A stretch of 64,000 bases of DNA. Source: a virus. This document shows, piece after piece, positions 35,861 through 46,507 of the stretch; the stretch's first letter is position 1; every line of letters begins with the position of its first letter. A program made the translations under genes and the position numbers. The stretch is from IMG/VR virus record IMGVR_UViG_3300028920_000002, positions 122,724 to 186,723 of that record. The stretch is one strand, 5' to 3'. The notes under the pieces are model-generated. The model had not been told where the DNA came from. It saw only the letters and a program-made list of their open reading frames with translations, and did not search any database.

Positions 35861-38800
35861 ATGGGCGTAGGCGGGTACGGCGGAGGTCCTGCGGGCAGAG
35901 TTCCGTGGGGAGGTGCGGGCACAGGTCCAGGCGAAGGTGCCTTCGAGACTCTTCCGTACACGAGCTCGTGGAACATCTTCGACCTGCAGCCCGACGACAT
36001 GGACCGGGTTGCTGTCTTCTACGAAGTCAGCACCAGTGGCAGCAGCTCGGGCTACGTCGTCGGCTCGTGGAGTCTGATTAGCGGAGGTGCGTACCCTCCG
36101 ACTGAGCAGGACCTCACCATCACCGGCGTTACCGTACCAGCCACTTTCACCATCGAATATCGCGTCAACTTCAAGATGCTGCCGGACAACTTCAGCAGTA
36201 CAGAAGATGACCACATCTACTTGAGCGCCACGGATATTCAGGGCCCATGCTTCGGGCTCTTCGTGTCCAAAGCTGGTCTTCGCTACACCGGCTCTGTTCA
36301 CATCGACCTCGGTACTGGAGACCTCATCACCGACCATCCGGTGCAGGACCTGCCGGGCAGCGCCACCTACATCGAAGAGGATGTACCGTTCGTCATCCGT
36401 GCCGTGGTCGACGGCCCCAACGAGCTCGTCTACCTGTTCGTCACTCGCGAGGATGAGCTTGCTACGACTGGGCACGTTCTGCGCGCCCTGCTACCTACCA
36501 TCGATGCATCGACAGCCACCTATCCGCCAGTGGAGCGCGTGCTCATCCTGGTGCGGGGTACGGTGGCCGACCAGCGTTGGGCAGAGCTCACCTCCTACCA
36601 CTTCTCTCAGAGCCTGCTCATCCCCAACCTGGCTCCTCGAGCGGACGCCGGTATCGACCAGGCCGTGCGCGCCTGTTCCATCATCCAGCTCGATGGTTCG
36701 GCCAGCTTCGACCCGGAAGGTGAGCCCATCACCTACGAGTGGAGGCTCATCGATGGGCCCACACCGAGCGAGTTCGTCTTCGAGGGAAACGACGGCTCGA
36801 CCAGCCCTCTGCCAACCCCCACCGGGTTCACCGACGAGTTCTACTCCGAGGAGCTGAAGGACGAGAACGCACTCGAGCCGATTCAGACAGGAGACGTCAT
36901 CACGGTGGGTGGTGTCTCCTACACCATCGACACTATCGTAGGAGGCCCGCCATTCCACGTTGTCGTGGAGCTACCTCAGATTCCCGACAATCTCTCGCTG
37001 GCTCCGTTCAAGCTGCTGCGACAGTCGGGCATCAGCGGCCCCACGTCGGTGAAGCCGACCTTCTACCCTGACGCGCCAGGCTTCTACGTCTTCGACCTCA
37101 GAGTGCACGATGGCGTACTCTGGAGTACGCCGAGTGGGTTGAATCGGGACATCGTCCTGGTCAACGTACTTGAGTCCCCTCTGCCTCGTGGATGCGTACC
37201 GGACCTCCGATTCGTCTTCAACTACCTCAGCGATTTCTGGTCGTTGGTCGAGGGGCGCGAACAGATTGCGACCTTCTGGAGCTCGCTGGCGCAGGTGGCT
37301 GCCACCGAGCTCATGACGCTCTGGCAGCACGAATACAACAAGAGCCACCGGGACATCCAGCGCACCTTCATACGACGGTGGTTGCACTACGACACGCTGC
37401 TGGGCGAGCCCATTCCCGAGCTCACCAGGATACGGGCCATCTGGGGCGGTGTGACCTCGAGCGCGATGAGCGGCCCCACGGCAGGTATCAGCGGCACGAC
37501 GCTCGTGGTGTCTTCGCCCCTGCTCGACGAGGACGTGACCATCACGGTCAGCTACCCGGACCCTGTGCCGCCGGAGTACCTGGCTCTGGAGCTCGGCAAC
37601 CGACTCAGGGACCGGGCGGACAGCCGGTTCAGCGTCACCGTCATCGAGGACCGTACGAGCGGCGACAGCTACGTTCGCATCGACGCTCCCTTCCCCTTCA
37701 CCATCGGGGCCGGGACCATCCCCGTGTTCACCACGGGCGACGAGGGGCGCGCCCCCAGCGGCTCTGCCGGCTCCTCCACGGCTACCAGGACCTACAAGGT
37801 GGAGCGGTCCCTGGCTGGCCTGGGGCTGCAGGAGGACGACCTCCTGGTCTTGGATGGGGTGGCCTACCGTATTGCCCGGTTGCTGGACGAGCCCACCGAC
37901 GACCTGGCCTACCAGCGCGTGGTGGTGAAGAGGGATTTGCCTGCTTCCCCCTCATCCGACTGGCGCATTTCGGGTTACATCACCTCGGAATTGTTGGACT
38001 TTTACGCCGGCCTGGTCACGGAGGGTGACCACGTCGACCTCGAGGTGGTCGAGGCCGGAGTCGAGAACGCGCCCAGCGCCGAACGTGTGGAGCTGGTGGC
38101 GTGCACTGCCTGGGGAGTCGCGGAGACCAAGCCCTCGGCCCTCGCCATGGACTTCTGGCCTGTGGGCGAGCAGTTGGCCGACGAAGACCTCGAGGTACGC
38201 CTGGCACGCGTGGTGCGCCGTTCCTACATCCCGGTCGACGAGCTCGTCACCGACGTTCCTACGCTGCAGGAGTTCATCGAGATTGAGGACGACACGGCGA
38301 CGCTCAGGCGCAATGTCGACTTCTACATCGAAGAGTTCCGAGGACAGAACTCCATCCGCTTCGTGTCAGGGCAGGGTGGAGGCTACGACGTCTTCGAGGG
38401 AGCGCGTCCGCCCAACCGCCTTTGGGCCGAGTACACCTACATCGACAACGCTCCGGTCATCGAGGCCAACTTCGGGCTGCCGGTGGAGCTCACTCGAGAC
38501 CAGCTCGCCGAGCTGCCCGGTACGGTCGACTACCTCAGCGCTGTGCGCGGTCTCTGGTACGCGTACTACAACGGTCCAACCCTCTACAACCTGCGGGTTG
38601 GCGCCCAGATTCTGTTGGGTCTGCCCTTCGCCGAGCAGGCTGGGACCATCGAGGAGATTCGAGAGGACTTCCTCAGCAAGCAGGCCCGTATGCTTATTCG
38701 GGATGAGGACCGCACGGAGATTGTGCGCTCCTACACTTACCCGAAGGCGCTCGAGCGGGAGGTCAATCCAGCGACGGGTGAACGCTATGCTGTGGGCGAC

Positions 38801-40192
38801 AGGGTGGAGAAGTTTGCCCCGTTGGTGGAGGGCGTAGAGGTCATTGACTACATCAAGGACCCGGATTGGTTCCTCGGACTCTTGAACCAAGGCACGTTCT
38901 ACGAGGTCGAGAAGCTGCACAAGTTCTTGGTGCGGGTGAGCGATGAAGCATTCAACTTGAGCGCTTTGCTGTTCGTCCAGAACTTCATCCGCAAGGTGAA
39001 GCCGACCTATACGTACCCACTCTTCCTCGTTCAGAAGAACGTAGCGGACACCGAAATCAGCGTGGTCGACGAGGTGGAATACTCCGGGTCGCTGCGTTTG
39101 TTCGACTCCCTCTGCCGTGGTCGATTGGGTGCCTCTACCATCTTCGATGAGCCGAGAGCTGGGCGTACCAACATCAGCACGCCTCACATGGGCATCCGCA
39201 ACCGGTTCGATAGCGACGACGACCCGGACAACGCTGACCCGACGTTTCCGACCCCTGACCCTGTGGCTTGGGGCTATGACAAGGAGTACCTGTGCCCCCA
39301 TGACGGTCTCACTGCCGAAGCGTCACAGTACTTCGCCGCTCCCTTCACCATTCAGTACGATTCCGTGTTCGCCTTCGACCAGGGAGCTAAGGAGCCGCTC
39401 AACTACAGTGATACGGGAGCGCCTTTCACCATCCCAGTCTCGCCTGGCTACACCGTCGATGCGGGGAAGGTGCTGACCAATACGGGCACCATCACTACGC
39501 TGCGCCTGGCCTTCATTGGCTCGCCTGGTGCTGCAGTGACCACAGAGGGCTCTACCGCTCTGTCTACGGTGCAGGCGGCGGCTGCCGACGAGACCTTCGA
39601 CATCTCTGTTGACGGCAACTTCCTAACGGTGAGCCTCGGCACCGCAGGGGTGGACCATACTGACGTCACTACCTTCCTGGCATTCATCAACGACCAGCTG
39701 CAGCCAGCCTCTCCTCCACCGGGCTTCAACCCCATCGCTGCAGTGGCCAGCCAGGGCTCGAGCGGCATCGTCTTCACCAGCGATAGCATCCTGGCTGATA
39801 CCTACATCGAGCTGGCTGAGAATGCCGGAGGGCTAGCGCTGCTCGGTTGTACGGCCGCCTTCTACACAGCTCCTACGGACTACAAGCTCGACGTAGTGCG
39901 CAACACTACGGTGGAGCAGACTATCGACCTTGAGCTCAAGAACAACACCGAGACGGTGCAGTCGCTGAGCATCTCGGCTACTGGGGGTGACACCATCTAC
40001 TTGCGCGTCTATGTAGCTTCTGGTGGGTCGAGGACCCCTGCCTGGACGCAGATTCTGGGGCAGGTAGTCTTGAACGACGGCACGGTGTGGAAGTTCGATA
40101 CTGGTCAGCCTGACTACTCGGGCTGGCCTGGCTCGGCGCCTGCGGCACTACCCGCCGGTACCTACTACCACGTGCGGGAGCTGGTGCCGTGA
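35861..40192 (+). CDS. Large baseplate/wedge protein with PKD-like Ig domain
   Basis: PRADAGIDQ..LDGSASFDPEGEPITYEW..TFYPDAPGFYVFDLRVHDG; 1443 aa. Confidence 0.7.
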   Translation: MGVGGYGGGPAGRVPWGGAGTGPGEGAFETLPYTSSWNIFDLQPDDMDRVAVFYEVSTSGSSSGYVVGSWSLISGGAYPPTEQDLTITGVTVPATFTIEYRVNFKMLPDNFSSTEDDHIYLSATDIQGPCFGLFVSKAGLRYTGSVHIDLGTGDLITDHPVQDLPGSATYIEEDVPFVIRAVVDGPNELVYLFVTREDELATTGHVLRALLPTIDASTATYPPVERVLILVRGTVADQRWAELTSYHFSQSLLIPNLAPRADAGIDQAVRACSIIQLDGSASFDPEGEPITYEWRLIDGPTPSEFVFEGNDGSTSPLPTPTGFTDEFYSEELKDENALEPIQTGDVITVGGVSYTIDTIVGGPPFHVVVELPQIPDNLSLAPFKLLRQSGISGPTSVKPTFYPDAPGFYVFDLRVHDGVLWSTPSGLNRDIVLVNVLESPLPRGCVPDLRFVFNYLSDFWSLVEGREQIATFWSSLAQVAATELMTLWQHEYNKSHRDIQRTFIRRWLHYDTLLGEPIPELTRIRAIWGGVTSSAMSGPTAGISGTTLVVSSPLLDEDVTITVSYPDPVPPEYLALELGNRLRDRADSRFSVTVIEDRTSGDSYVRIDAPFPFTIGAGTIPVFTTGDEGRAPSGSAGSSTATRTYKVERSLAGLGLQEDDLLVLDGVAYRIARLLDEPTDDLAYQRVVVKRDLPASPSSDWRISGYITSELLDFYAGLVTEGDHVDLEVVEAGVENAPSAERVELVACTAWGVAETKPSALAMDFWPVGEQLADEDLEVRLARVVRRSYIPVDELVTDVPTLQEFIEIEDDTATLRRNVDFYIEEFRGQNSIRFVSGQGGGYDVFEGARPPNRLWAEYTYIDNAPVIEANFGLPVELTRDQLAELPGTVDYLSAVRGLWYAYYNGPTLYNLRVGAQILLGLPFAEQAGTIEEIREDFLSKQARMLIRDEDRTEIVRSYTYPKALEREVNPATGERYAVGDRVEKFAPLVEGVEVIDYIKDPDWFLGLLNQGTFYEVEKLHKFLVRVSDEAFNLSALLFVQNFIRKVKPTYTYPLFLVQKNVADTEISVVDEVEYSGSLRLFDSLCRGRLGASTIFDEPRAGRTNISTPHMGIRNRFDSDDDPDNADPTFPTPDPVAWGYDKEYLCPHDGLTAEASQYFAAPFTIQYDSVFAFDQGAKEPLNYSDTGAPFTIPVSPGYTVDAGKVLTNTGTITTLRLAFIGSPGAAVTTEGSTALSTVQAAAADETFDISVDGNFLTVSLGTAGVDHTDVTTFLAFINDQLQPASPPPGFNPIAAVASQGSSGIVFTSDSILADTYIELAENAGGLALLGCTAAFYTAPTDYKLDVVRNTTVEQTIDLELKNNTETVQSLSISATGGDTIYLRVYVASGGSRTPAWTQILGQVVLNDGTVWKFDTGQPDYSGWPGSAPAALPAGTYYHVRELVP

Positions 40193-40902
40193 CGCCGAAC
40201 GTAGAGATTCGCCACTACCGGCGGGGCAAGCTGGTCTCTGAGCAGCACATCCACAACACCTGGGTGTACCGAGCGCGGGTGTACCTGGCCAAGCTCGTCA
40301 GTGCCCACGACTGGCCCCCGTCCGCGTTCTACCAGAGTACAGAGCGCGTCAAGTATATGGGGCTCGGTATCGGCGGAGTGCATCAGAGTCCGCTGTCCAC
40401 GGGCGCTCCGCTGTCCAGCGACTATCCGCCCGGTTCAGATGCGCAGTACGCTGCGGCCGGTCACGTCACTGATGGCGATGGCTACAGGCACGACTGGCCG
40501 GAGCATCCACGGCTGACCGACCCCAATCCAGACCCCATTCTGAAACCGTACACCAATCAGCTCATCCAGACGATGGAGCGGCCGGTGCGTAAGACTGGCA
40601 CGGCTGGCACAGACTACGACAGCGCGCCCGGTACGGATGTGTGGCTGCTCGGCCCGCCAGAGGTCTGGTTCACTCACCAGCAGCCTTCCGAGCTCACCGT
40701 TCACGCTTCGGTGGATGGTAGTAGCGACTACTTGCTGAGCGGTTACACGGTTGTGCCCATCACGGAGGCGGCTCTGTTCACTGACGCAGCTGATGTGAAT
40801 GCTCCATACAACCTTCTAGTTGCGTACCTGACCTTTGATACAATCCTTCTCGACGCCAACTCGCTCGTCGAGTTCATCTGGCATGTAAGGTTCGCCCCAT
40901 GA
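40189..40902 (+). CDS. Baseplate/fibre-attachment protein, paralog 1
   Basis: GKLV..HN..KYMGLGIGG..ITEAALFT..AYLTFDT..WHVRF, shared with the next gene. Confidence 0.6.
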   Translation: MTPNVEIRHYRRGKLVSEQHIHNTWVYRARVYLAKLVSAHDWPPSAFYQSTERVKYMGLGIGGVHQSPLSTGAPLSSDYPPGSDAQYAAAGHVTDGDGYRHDWPEHPRLTDPNPDPILKPYTNQLIQTMERPVRKTGTAGTDYDSAPGTDVWLLGPPEVWFTHQQPSELTVHASVDGSSDYLLSGYTVVPITEAALFTDAADVNAPYNLLVAYLTFDTILLDANSLVEFIWHVRFAP

Positions 40903-41555
40903 AGTTCAGCTACCTCTCTGACATCGAAGTCAAGCAGAATGTGCTCATCACGGTGCGCGAACGTGGCAAGCTGGTCACGGTGCGTGAGGGGCACAACATC
41001 TTCGTGGACACCGGCCGTGAGTGGATTGCCAAGCTCATCGCATACGCTTCGTTCTCTCCAGATACCTACGAGGAGGACAACCGGGTTCGGTATATGGGGT
41101 TCGGCATCGGCGGCTCCAGCCAGATTGCTCCGGCTGTGGCTGATGCCTCGCCCATCGGAGGTTCGGGCGACCCGTACGAGGCCAACAGCTACCCGGGTGT
41201 TGGTGCCTACAACCAAACCGATACCGACCCTACGGTGTTCACCGTCGAGCGCCCGGTACGAATCCTGGGCTCTGCCGCCAACTATCCCGGTATCGCTGGC
41301 GACCAATGGATTGGCCAGATTCAAGCGCCTCCCGACCACGCCGTGGCCACGGAGACGACGTTCAGGCGCCACTTCACCCAGGACGAAATCAGCTACGGGG
41401 CCTTCACCTCGGTGCCGTTGTCTGAGATTGGGTTGTTCACCAATGCGGCCGACCCGGTCAATCCGCTCAATACGCTCATCGCGTACGACACATTCGACAC
41501 CCTCAGCAAGACGCCCGCCTTCGACATCGAGGTGGTTTGGACACTGCGTTTCTAG
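40899..41555 (+). CDS. Baseplate/fibre-attachment protein, paralog 2
   Basis: GKLV..HN..RYMGFGIGG..LSEIGLFT..AYDTFDT..WTLRF. Confidence 0.6.
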   Translation: MKFSYLSDIEVKQNVLITVRERGKLVTVREGHNIFVDTGREWIAKLIAYASFSPDTYEEDNRVRYMGFGIGGSSQIAPAVADASPIGGSGDPYEANSYPGVGAYNQTDTDPTVFTVERPVRILGSAANYPGIAGDQWIGQIQAPPDHAVATETTFRRHFTQDEISYGAFTSVPLSEIGLFTNAADPVNPLNTLIAYDTFDTLSKTPAFDIEVVWTLRF

Positions 41556-41564
41556 GAGCTCGGC

Positions 41565-43691
41565 ATGGGCAACTTCCACCGTTTCGTAGACCCCAGCTAC
41601 CACCTGTTCGCCGGTGAGTCCTTCCCGGGTTCGCCGGGAGGTACGGGCACTGTCGGTGCACACACCTACGACCGCATCAACGTCATCAGTGGCGGCACTG
41701 GCGCTAGCGGTAGTGCCAACGCTGACGCACAGAAGAGTGCAGCAGGCCCTAACCAGTACACCTACTTCGTCGCCTTTGGCGAGGATGCAACTTCCTCAGA
41801 CGCCAATCGTGGCATGCGGGCCCTGGCGGAGAACTGCGATGTCATCGACGACATCTTGCGCGGAGCCTTGCCACGTTTGCTGCAGACACCTTTCGAGGAT
41901 ACGGCAGTCGGTACGGTGTCGTACGCCGACATCACCGATGACGTATTCGTCAGTGACAACGGCGATACCACGAGAAGTCCGGCGGAGTTGGCCGTAGTCA
42001 CAGACGGCAACGACAATCAGCTGGAGGTCGGCGGCACGGCGGTGGTGGTGACCGGCATCCAGCAGACCGGTGGAGGCGCGAGTGTCATCGGTACGGCGGC
42101 CGACGGCTTCTACACCGACCCGAGAATCACCTTCTCCCCCGGTATCCCCAACGGGACTACATACCGCATCTACTACGGCGAGCGTAGCAGCCTGGGGCGT
42201 AAGGTGGAGGCTGACAAACTCAGCTTCCTCGACACCCAGCTCAGTGACATACGAAATGCCTCGCTCGAAGAGAAGGTGTGGGCACAAGGTCTCAACGAGA
42301 AGTATCGGCGCTCGTCGAAGTATCCCACCACCTACAACCTCGACACGGCAGGTGACGGAGCCATCATCCAGCGAGACGGACCCGCTCCTGAGGTGGTGAA
42401 CAATGCCGTTGATTACGTCACCGCACCGAAACAGTACCAAGACCCCTACTTGGCACTGTGGAAGGCGAGCCCACAGGAGCTCGATGACGCTGCCGATAAC
42501 GATTACAGCGGCTACATCGGCTACCTGGCCATTACTCCACGGCATGATTACGGCGAGAGTTCCTCAGTAGAAGCGTCATCTAAGGGCCTGCCTTCTGCTG
42601 GGTTCCTAGCTGCAGTCCCTCGCGACATTCGCGCTGATACGTTGAATGCCAAGACTACGCTCACTCGTGTGGATAGCACTGCCTACGTCACGCTCAATCC
42701 AGAGAGCGGGTCCGGCGACGATGCACGAGTGGTCCAGCTATCTGGCAGCGACTACTTCATCAACACCAACGACCGCACAGCGGTTAGGCGTGGCGTAGAT
42801 TTGCTAGAGCTCACCTGGGATTCGGGGGACGTGGAAGTCTACGTCATTGCGGAAATCAACGTCACGGCTACAAGCGCCAAGAGACGTGCATATCTGCTCA
42901 CTCTTGGTGGAGAGAAGCCGACGTTTGCGAACAACGACGGCACGGCCAAGGCACGTTGGATTCAGCCCACTTTCTTTGCTGGTGGGTCATTGGCAGCGCA
43001 GGGATGGGCGAGTCAGGAGTACTTCCTCAACACATTCACCTCTTGCCCGCCGCCTCCCTTGGTTGAAAGCCCCACAAGCGTACAGGCTCGCGCTGGAGGG
43101 TCCCCGTTCTTTGCCGGCTGGCCATTGGACGCTGAGGAAGAGCCAGGAGTGCAGGTCGCTGCGGCCTTCGAGGTAGGGGGATTCGTCACCAGTGACAGCA
43201 GTGGAGTAGCAGACGGCCGTAAGCTATCCATGTTGCGTGCGTACGCTAATGGCGACCTACAGCACCTTCAAGGAGGGCGACATTCGGGTCATCTGGAATC
43301 TCCCGGCCGTACTAGCCAAGTGCACGCCAACGTCAGTGGTACGGATGGTAAGGAGTGGGACCCCGAATCACACTACTCCACGCCAAGTACGGCGTTGAAG
43401 GGGAGCGTCATTGGTCTGAACTTCACTGGGGCGGCTACCTATACGTTGAGTCTGCACGCCAACTACACACCACGGCACGGGGACCGTTTGGTGTGCTACC
43501 TCTACAACGAAGGTGGAGGCGCCGTGAGTATGACCTGGCCGAGCAGCTTCCGCTTCAGTGAGGGCGACGACTCCATTCCGTCTGACGCAGGTTACGTTGC
43601 CAAGCTCGAGGCCATCTACCTCAACATGGCCAGCTTCGGCGGTACCGACCAGTTCTACATCACCAAGACCGCGTACGACCTGTCTCCCTGA
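41565..43691 (+). CDS. Tail fibre-like protein
   Basis: 708 aa; C-terminal TWPSSFRF module resembles the C-terminus of 54704-56278. Confidence 0.6.
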   Translation: MGNFHRFVDPSYHLFAGESFPGSPGGTGTVGAHTYDRINVISGGTGASGSANADAQKSAAGPNQYTYFVAFGEDATSSDANRGMRALAENCDVIDDILRGALPRLLQTPFEDTAVGTVSYADITDDVFVSDNGDTTRSPAELAVVTDGNDNQLEVGGTAVVVTGIQQTGGGASVIGTAADGFYTDPRITFSPGIPNGTTYRIYYGERSSLGRKVEADKLSFLDTQLSDIRNASLEEKVWAQGLNEKYRRSSKYPTTYNLDTAGDGAIIQRDGPAPEVVNNAVDYVTAPKQYQDPYLALWKASPQELDDAADNDYSGYIGYLAITPRHDYGESSSVEASSKGLPSAGFLAAVPRDIRADTLNAKTTLTRVDSTAYVTLNPESGSGDDARVVQLSGSDYFINTNDRTAVRRGVDLLELTWDSGDVEVYVIAEINVTATSAKRRAYLLTLGGEKPTFANNDGTAKARWIQPTFFAGGSLAAQGWASQEYFLNTFTSCPPPPLVESPTSVQARAGGSPFFAGWPLDAEEEPGVQVAAAFEVGGFVTSDSSGVADGRKLSMLRAYANGDLQHLQGGRHSGHLESPGRTSQVHANVSGTDGKEWDPESHYSTPSTALKGSVIGLNFTGAATYTLSLHANYTPRHGDRLVCYLYNEGGGAVSMTWPSSFRFSEGDDSIPSDAGYVAKLEAIYLNMASFGGTDQFYITKTAYDLSP

Positions 43692-43701
43692 GGAGTGAAC
43701 A

Positions 43702-45138
43702 ATGCCTAGATTCTACGACATCACCATCGACGGAGACGGCGGAGTAGTTATCTGTGAGTCGGGTAGCAAGATGACTGGCTCACTCGACCTTGGCGATGGA
43801 GCCAACGCCTCGGCCGTGGATGTGGAGAACCTCTCGCACATCGACATCAACTCGGGGGCCTACCTCCTCGTCAACTTCGGCACCTCAACTCCTGGCGAGA
43901 TTCGGGTTGGTACATCTCCCCCGGGTAACGCGCCTGGAAGGATACGTGTCCAGGGAGTTGCTACGCTCGGTGAGGTGGGGGAGATTGTTTTGGAGGGCGC
44001 TGCTGGCGAGGGCGGTAAGCTGACGGTGGGGGAGAATGCTCACATCGACATCGATTCAGGTTCGGGTCTTGGAATCGGCCTGGTCGGTTATGGCTACACC
44101 GGCAGCAAAGCACAGCTCTACGTCAACGAGTATGGCGTCATCGACGTGCAAGCTAGTGGCGGGAACGGTGGGGAAATCCGGTTGGCTGGGTCTGGTGCTC
44201 GAATCAGTACGAAGAACGGCGCCGACGTCAACGTAGAGAACTCCTCTGGTGCCATCGGAGCTACTCTGTCAGGTGGGGCCGGTAGTGGTTCTCCAGCTCG
44301 AGCTCTGGTGGAGGTGAAGAACACCCTTGGTGAATTTGCATGCCGTGGGCCTACAGGTGACATCGTAATGTCGGATGGCTTCATGGCTGTGCAGCACGGC
44401 GCAGGGATTGTGTACGAGAGTAGCTCGGGCTCGTCCACCTACAGGCTTATCAGTGAGGCCACTGTCGACACGGACGACATCAAAGCACGGTGGTACCAGT
44501 CGTGTGAGGCTGGTGTGGGAAGTAGCCGCTCCATGCTCTTCTACACGCTCAACGCACGGTGGAACGGTTCGCTGTGGGAAAAGGACCTCTCTGGGCAGCC
44601 TGCGCTTAGGATGGCTCTGCCTGCGCGGCAGAGCGTCTCCAGCCTTCAAGTTTCGTACAGAGATTTGGACACCGACTGGACAGATGCCGCGTGGGACCTC
44701 GTGCAGGTAGAGTTGGGGATGACGGATGTAAGCGGCAATCTCGTCGGCCTACTCAAGATGGTTGGTGCGTCATTGCCAATCGCATCAACTCCACAGCCAA
44801 ACACGCTGTACGAGAACAACATGGTCAAGGCGTACATGTACGCCAGAATCAACGCCGGCTCTGTCGTTGAGGGTCCTGTCGGCTTCAATCTGGAGATTGA
44901 TGCGCTGAATTCTGACCATGTGCAGCTGGGCTTCCTGACCCCCATGAGCTCCGCGAGCTACTGCATCTTGCCCGGTTCAGCTAGGAAGTATGGTCGCTGG
45001 ACGACCGTTTCTGGCGCCACCGCAAACGACTTCGACTACTACATCAGCAGTGGGACGCACAGCGCACCCACGCAATACAACCCCAATACTGAGGCCGAGT
45101 ACTACATCGACGTCATTGTGATGGGGAACCAGACGTAG
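43702..45138 (+). CDS. Gly-rich fibre/spike-like protein
   Basis: Gly/Val-rich beta-repeat N-terminal half; structural gene context. Confidence 0.55.
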   Translation: MPRFYDITIDGDGGVVICESGSKMTGSLDLGDGANASAVDVENLSHIDINSGAYLLVNFGTSTPGEIRVGTSPPGNAPGRIRVQGVATLGEVGEIVLEGAAGEGGKLTVGENAHIDIDSGSGLGIGLVGYGYTGSKAQLYVNEYGVIDVQASGGNGGEIRLAGSGARISTKNGADVNVENSSGAIGATLSGGAGSGSPARALVEVKNTLGEFACRGPTGDIVMSDGFMAVQHGAGIVYESSSGSSTYRLISEATVDTDDIKARWYQSCEAGVGSSRSMLFYTLNARWNGSLWEKDLSGQPALRMALPARQSVSSLQVSYRDLDTDWTDAAWDLVQVELGMTDVSGNLVGLLKMVGASLPIASTPQPNTLYENNMVKAYMYARINAGSVVEGPVGFNLEIDALNSDHVQLGFLTPMSSASYCILPGSARKYGRWTTVSGATANDFDYYISSGTHSAPTQYNPNTEAEYYIDVIVMGNQT

Positions 45139-45147
45139 GAGGAGCGC

Positions 45148-45537
45148 ATGGACGACCTGCTCAAGAACCTCAGCATCCCGGGGGTACTTGCCCTCGCTGT
45201 GATGGTGGTCATCGCCGTCTTCTTCACACGGCGCATCGTCGAGCTCATCTGGCCGCACCTCAAGAAGAAGAACCCGTACGTCACCAAGTTCTCGCAGTGG
45301 TACAACCAGGTCGTCCTCTACGCCATTCCACTGGCATACGGTGCCCTCTTCGCCCTCATACCCTCGAAGTTCCTGTTCGGTGATGTCGAGGACTTCTTCG
45401 GCAAGCTCTTCGCTTCCTGCACCGTGGCGTGGTTCAGCGGCTTCCTCTACAAGGTCTTCAAGAAGCTCATCCTCAAGAACTACGACGTGGACGTGAAGTT
45501 GCCCGAGTCACCGGTGGAACTCCCGCCAGAGGTGTGA
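45148..45537 (+). CDS. Holin-like membrane protein
   Basis: Three hydrophobic helices; charged C-terminus; AGGAGG SD. Confidence 0.55.
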   Translation: MDDLLKNLSIPGVLALAVMVVIAVFFTRRIVELIWPHLKKKNPYVTKFSQWYNQVVLYAIPLAYGALFALIPSKFLFGDVEDFFGKLFASCTVAWFSGFLYKVFKKLILKNYDVDVKLPESPVELPPEV

Positions 45538-45538
45538 G

Positions 45539-45931
45539 GTGCCGATTCCAGTCTTCATGATGGGCGTCTGGAGCGGCCTGAAGAAGGTGTGGCTCTGGCT
45601 CAAGAAGTACTGGATGTGGCTGCTCTTCCCTGTCGGCATCGTGGTCTTCTTCCTGGGCCGTTGGACGAAGTCCAAGCCTCCTGATGTCGTGGTCCCAGAA
45701 CTTCTGGGTGCTGCCGACAAGAAGCTCGAGGAAGACGCCAAGGCCAGAGAAGCTGCTGAGCGGGCCAAGGCAGAGCGTGACCGTATGCGCGACGAAGTGC
45801 TGAGAGAGCACTACCGCACCATCGAGAGGCTCAGCGAGAAGCAGCAGGACAAGGTGGACGAGCTCGTGGACGACCCCGAAGCCCTGAACGAGTTCCTGCT
45901 GAGCGTTGGGCGGGAGATGCGAGATGAATGA
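45539..45931 (+). CDS. i-spanin-like protein
   Basis: Single N-terminal TM followed by a charged coiled coil; follows the holin-like gene. Confidence 0.5.
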   Translation: MPIPVFMMGVWSGLKKVWLWLKKYWMWLLFPVGIVVFFLGRWTKSKPPDVVVPELLGAADKKLEEDAKAREAAERAKAERDRMRDEVLREHYRTIERLSEKQQDKVDELVDDPEALNEFLLSVGREMRDE

Positions 45932-46469
45932 GCAAAAGTACCTCGAGTTGGTGTCCGAGGTGGAAGCGGAGTTCCCCGACTTCTCCATCAAGAACAAGGA
46001 GGAGAGCCGGCTGATGAAGGTGTGCGACTTCTGCTTGAAGCTCATCACCTTCTGGCAGATGAAGACCTTCATGACGGAGTTCTTCACGACCATCGGCTAC
46101 ACCATCTACGTTCCCTCGAAGCGTTGGACGGAGATGGACCCACCCAGCAAGGCCAGCCTACTTCGCCATGAGCGCGTTCACATGCGCCAGCGCAAGAAGT
46201 ACGGGATGGTCCTGTTCGCCTTCCTCTTTCTCTTCTTTCCTGTGCCGACCATTTGGGCCTACTACCGCAAGAAGTTCGAGCAGGAAGCCTACGAGGAGAG
46301 CATCCGTGCCTGGTATGAGTACTACGGACTCTCTTACGTGCAGCACAGCAAGACTCGCCGCTACACCATCAACCACTTCACCAGCGCCGAGTACTTCTGG
46401 ATGTGGCCCTGGCGGGGCGGCCTCGAGAGTTGGTATGACGACCTCGTGGCCCACCTGTCGAGTGGTTGA
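45924..46469 (+). CDS. HEXXH zinc-metallopeptidase-like protein
   Basis: LLRHERVHMRQ..FEQEAY; internal hydrophobic helix. Confidence 0.7.
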   Translation: MNEQKYLELVSEVEAEFPDFSIKNKEESRLMKVCDFCLKLITFWQMKTFMTEFFTTIGYTIYVPSKRWTEMDPPSKASLLRHERVHMRQRKKYGMVLFAFLFLFFPVPTIWAYYRKKFEQEAYEESIRAWYEYYGLSYVQHSKTRRYTINHFTSAEYFWMWPWRGGLESWYDDLVAHLSSG

Positions 46470-46492
46470 ACGTCCCGTTACAGACCTCTTTC

Positions 46493-46501
46493 TGGTAGCC
46501 T
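46493..46501 (+). promoter_or_regulatory. Extended -10, leaderless geometry
   Basis: TGGTAGCCT-gatgca-GTG (46508). Confidence 0.5.
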
Positions 46502-46507
46502 GATGCA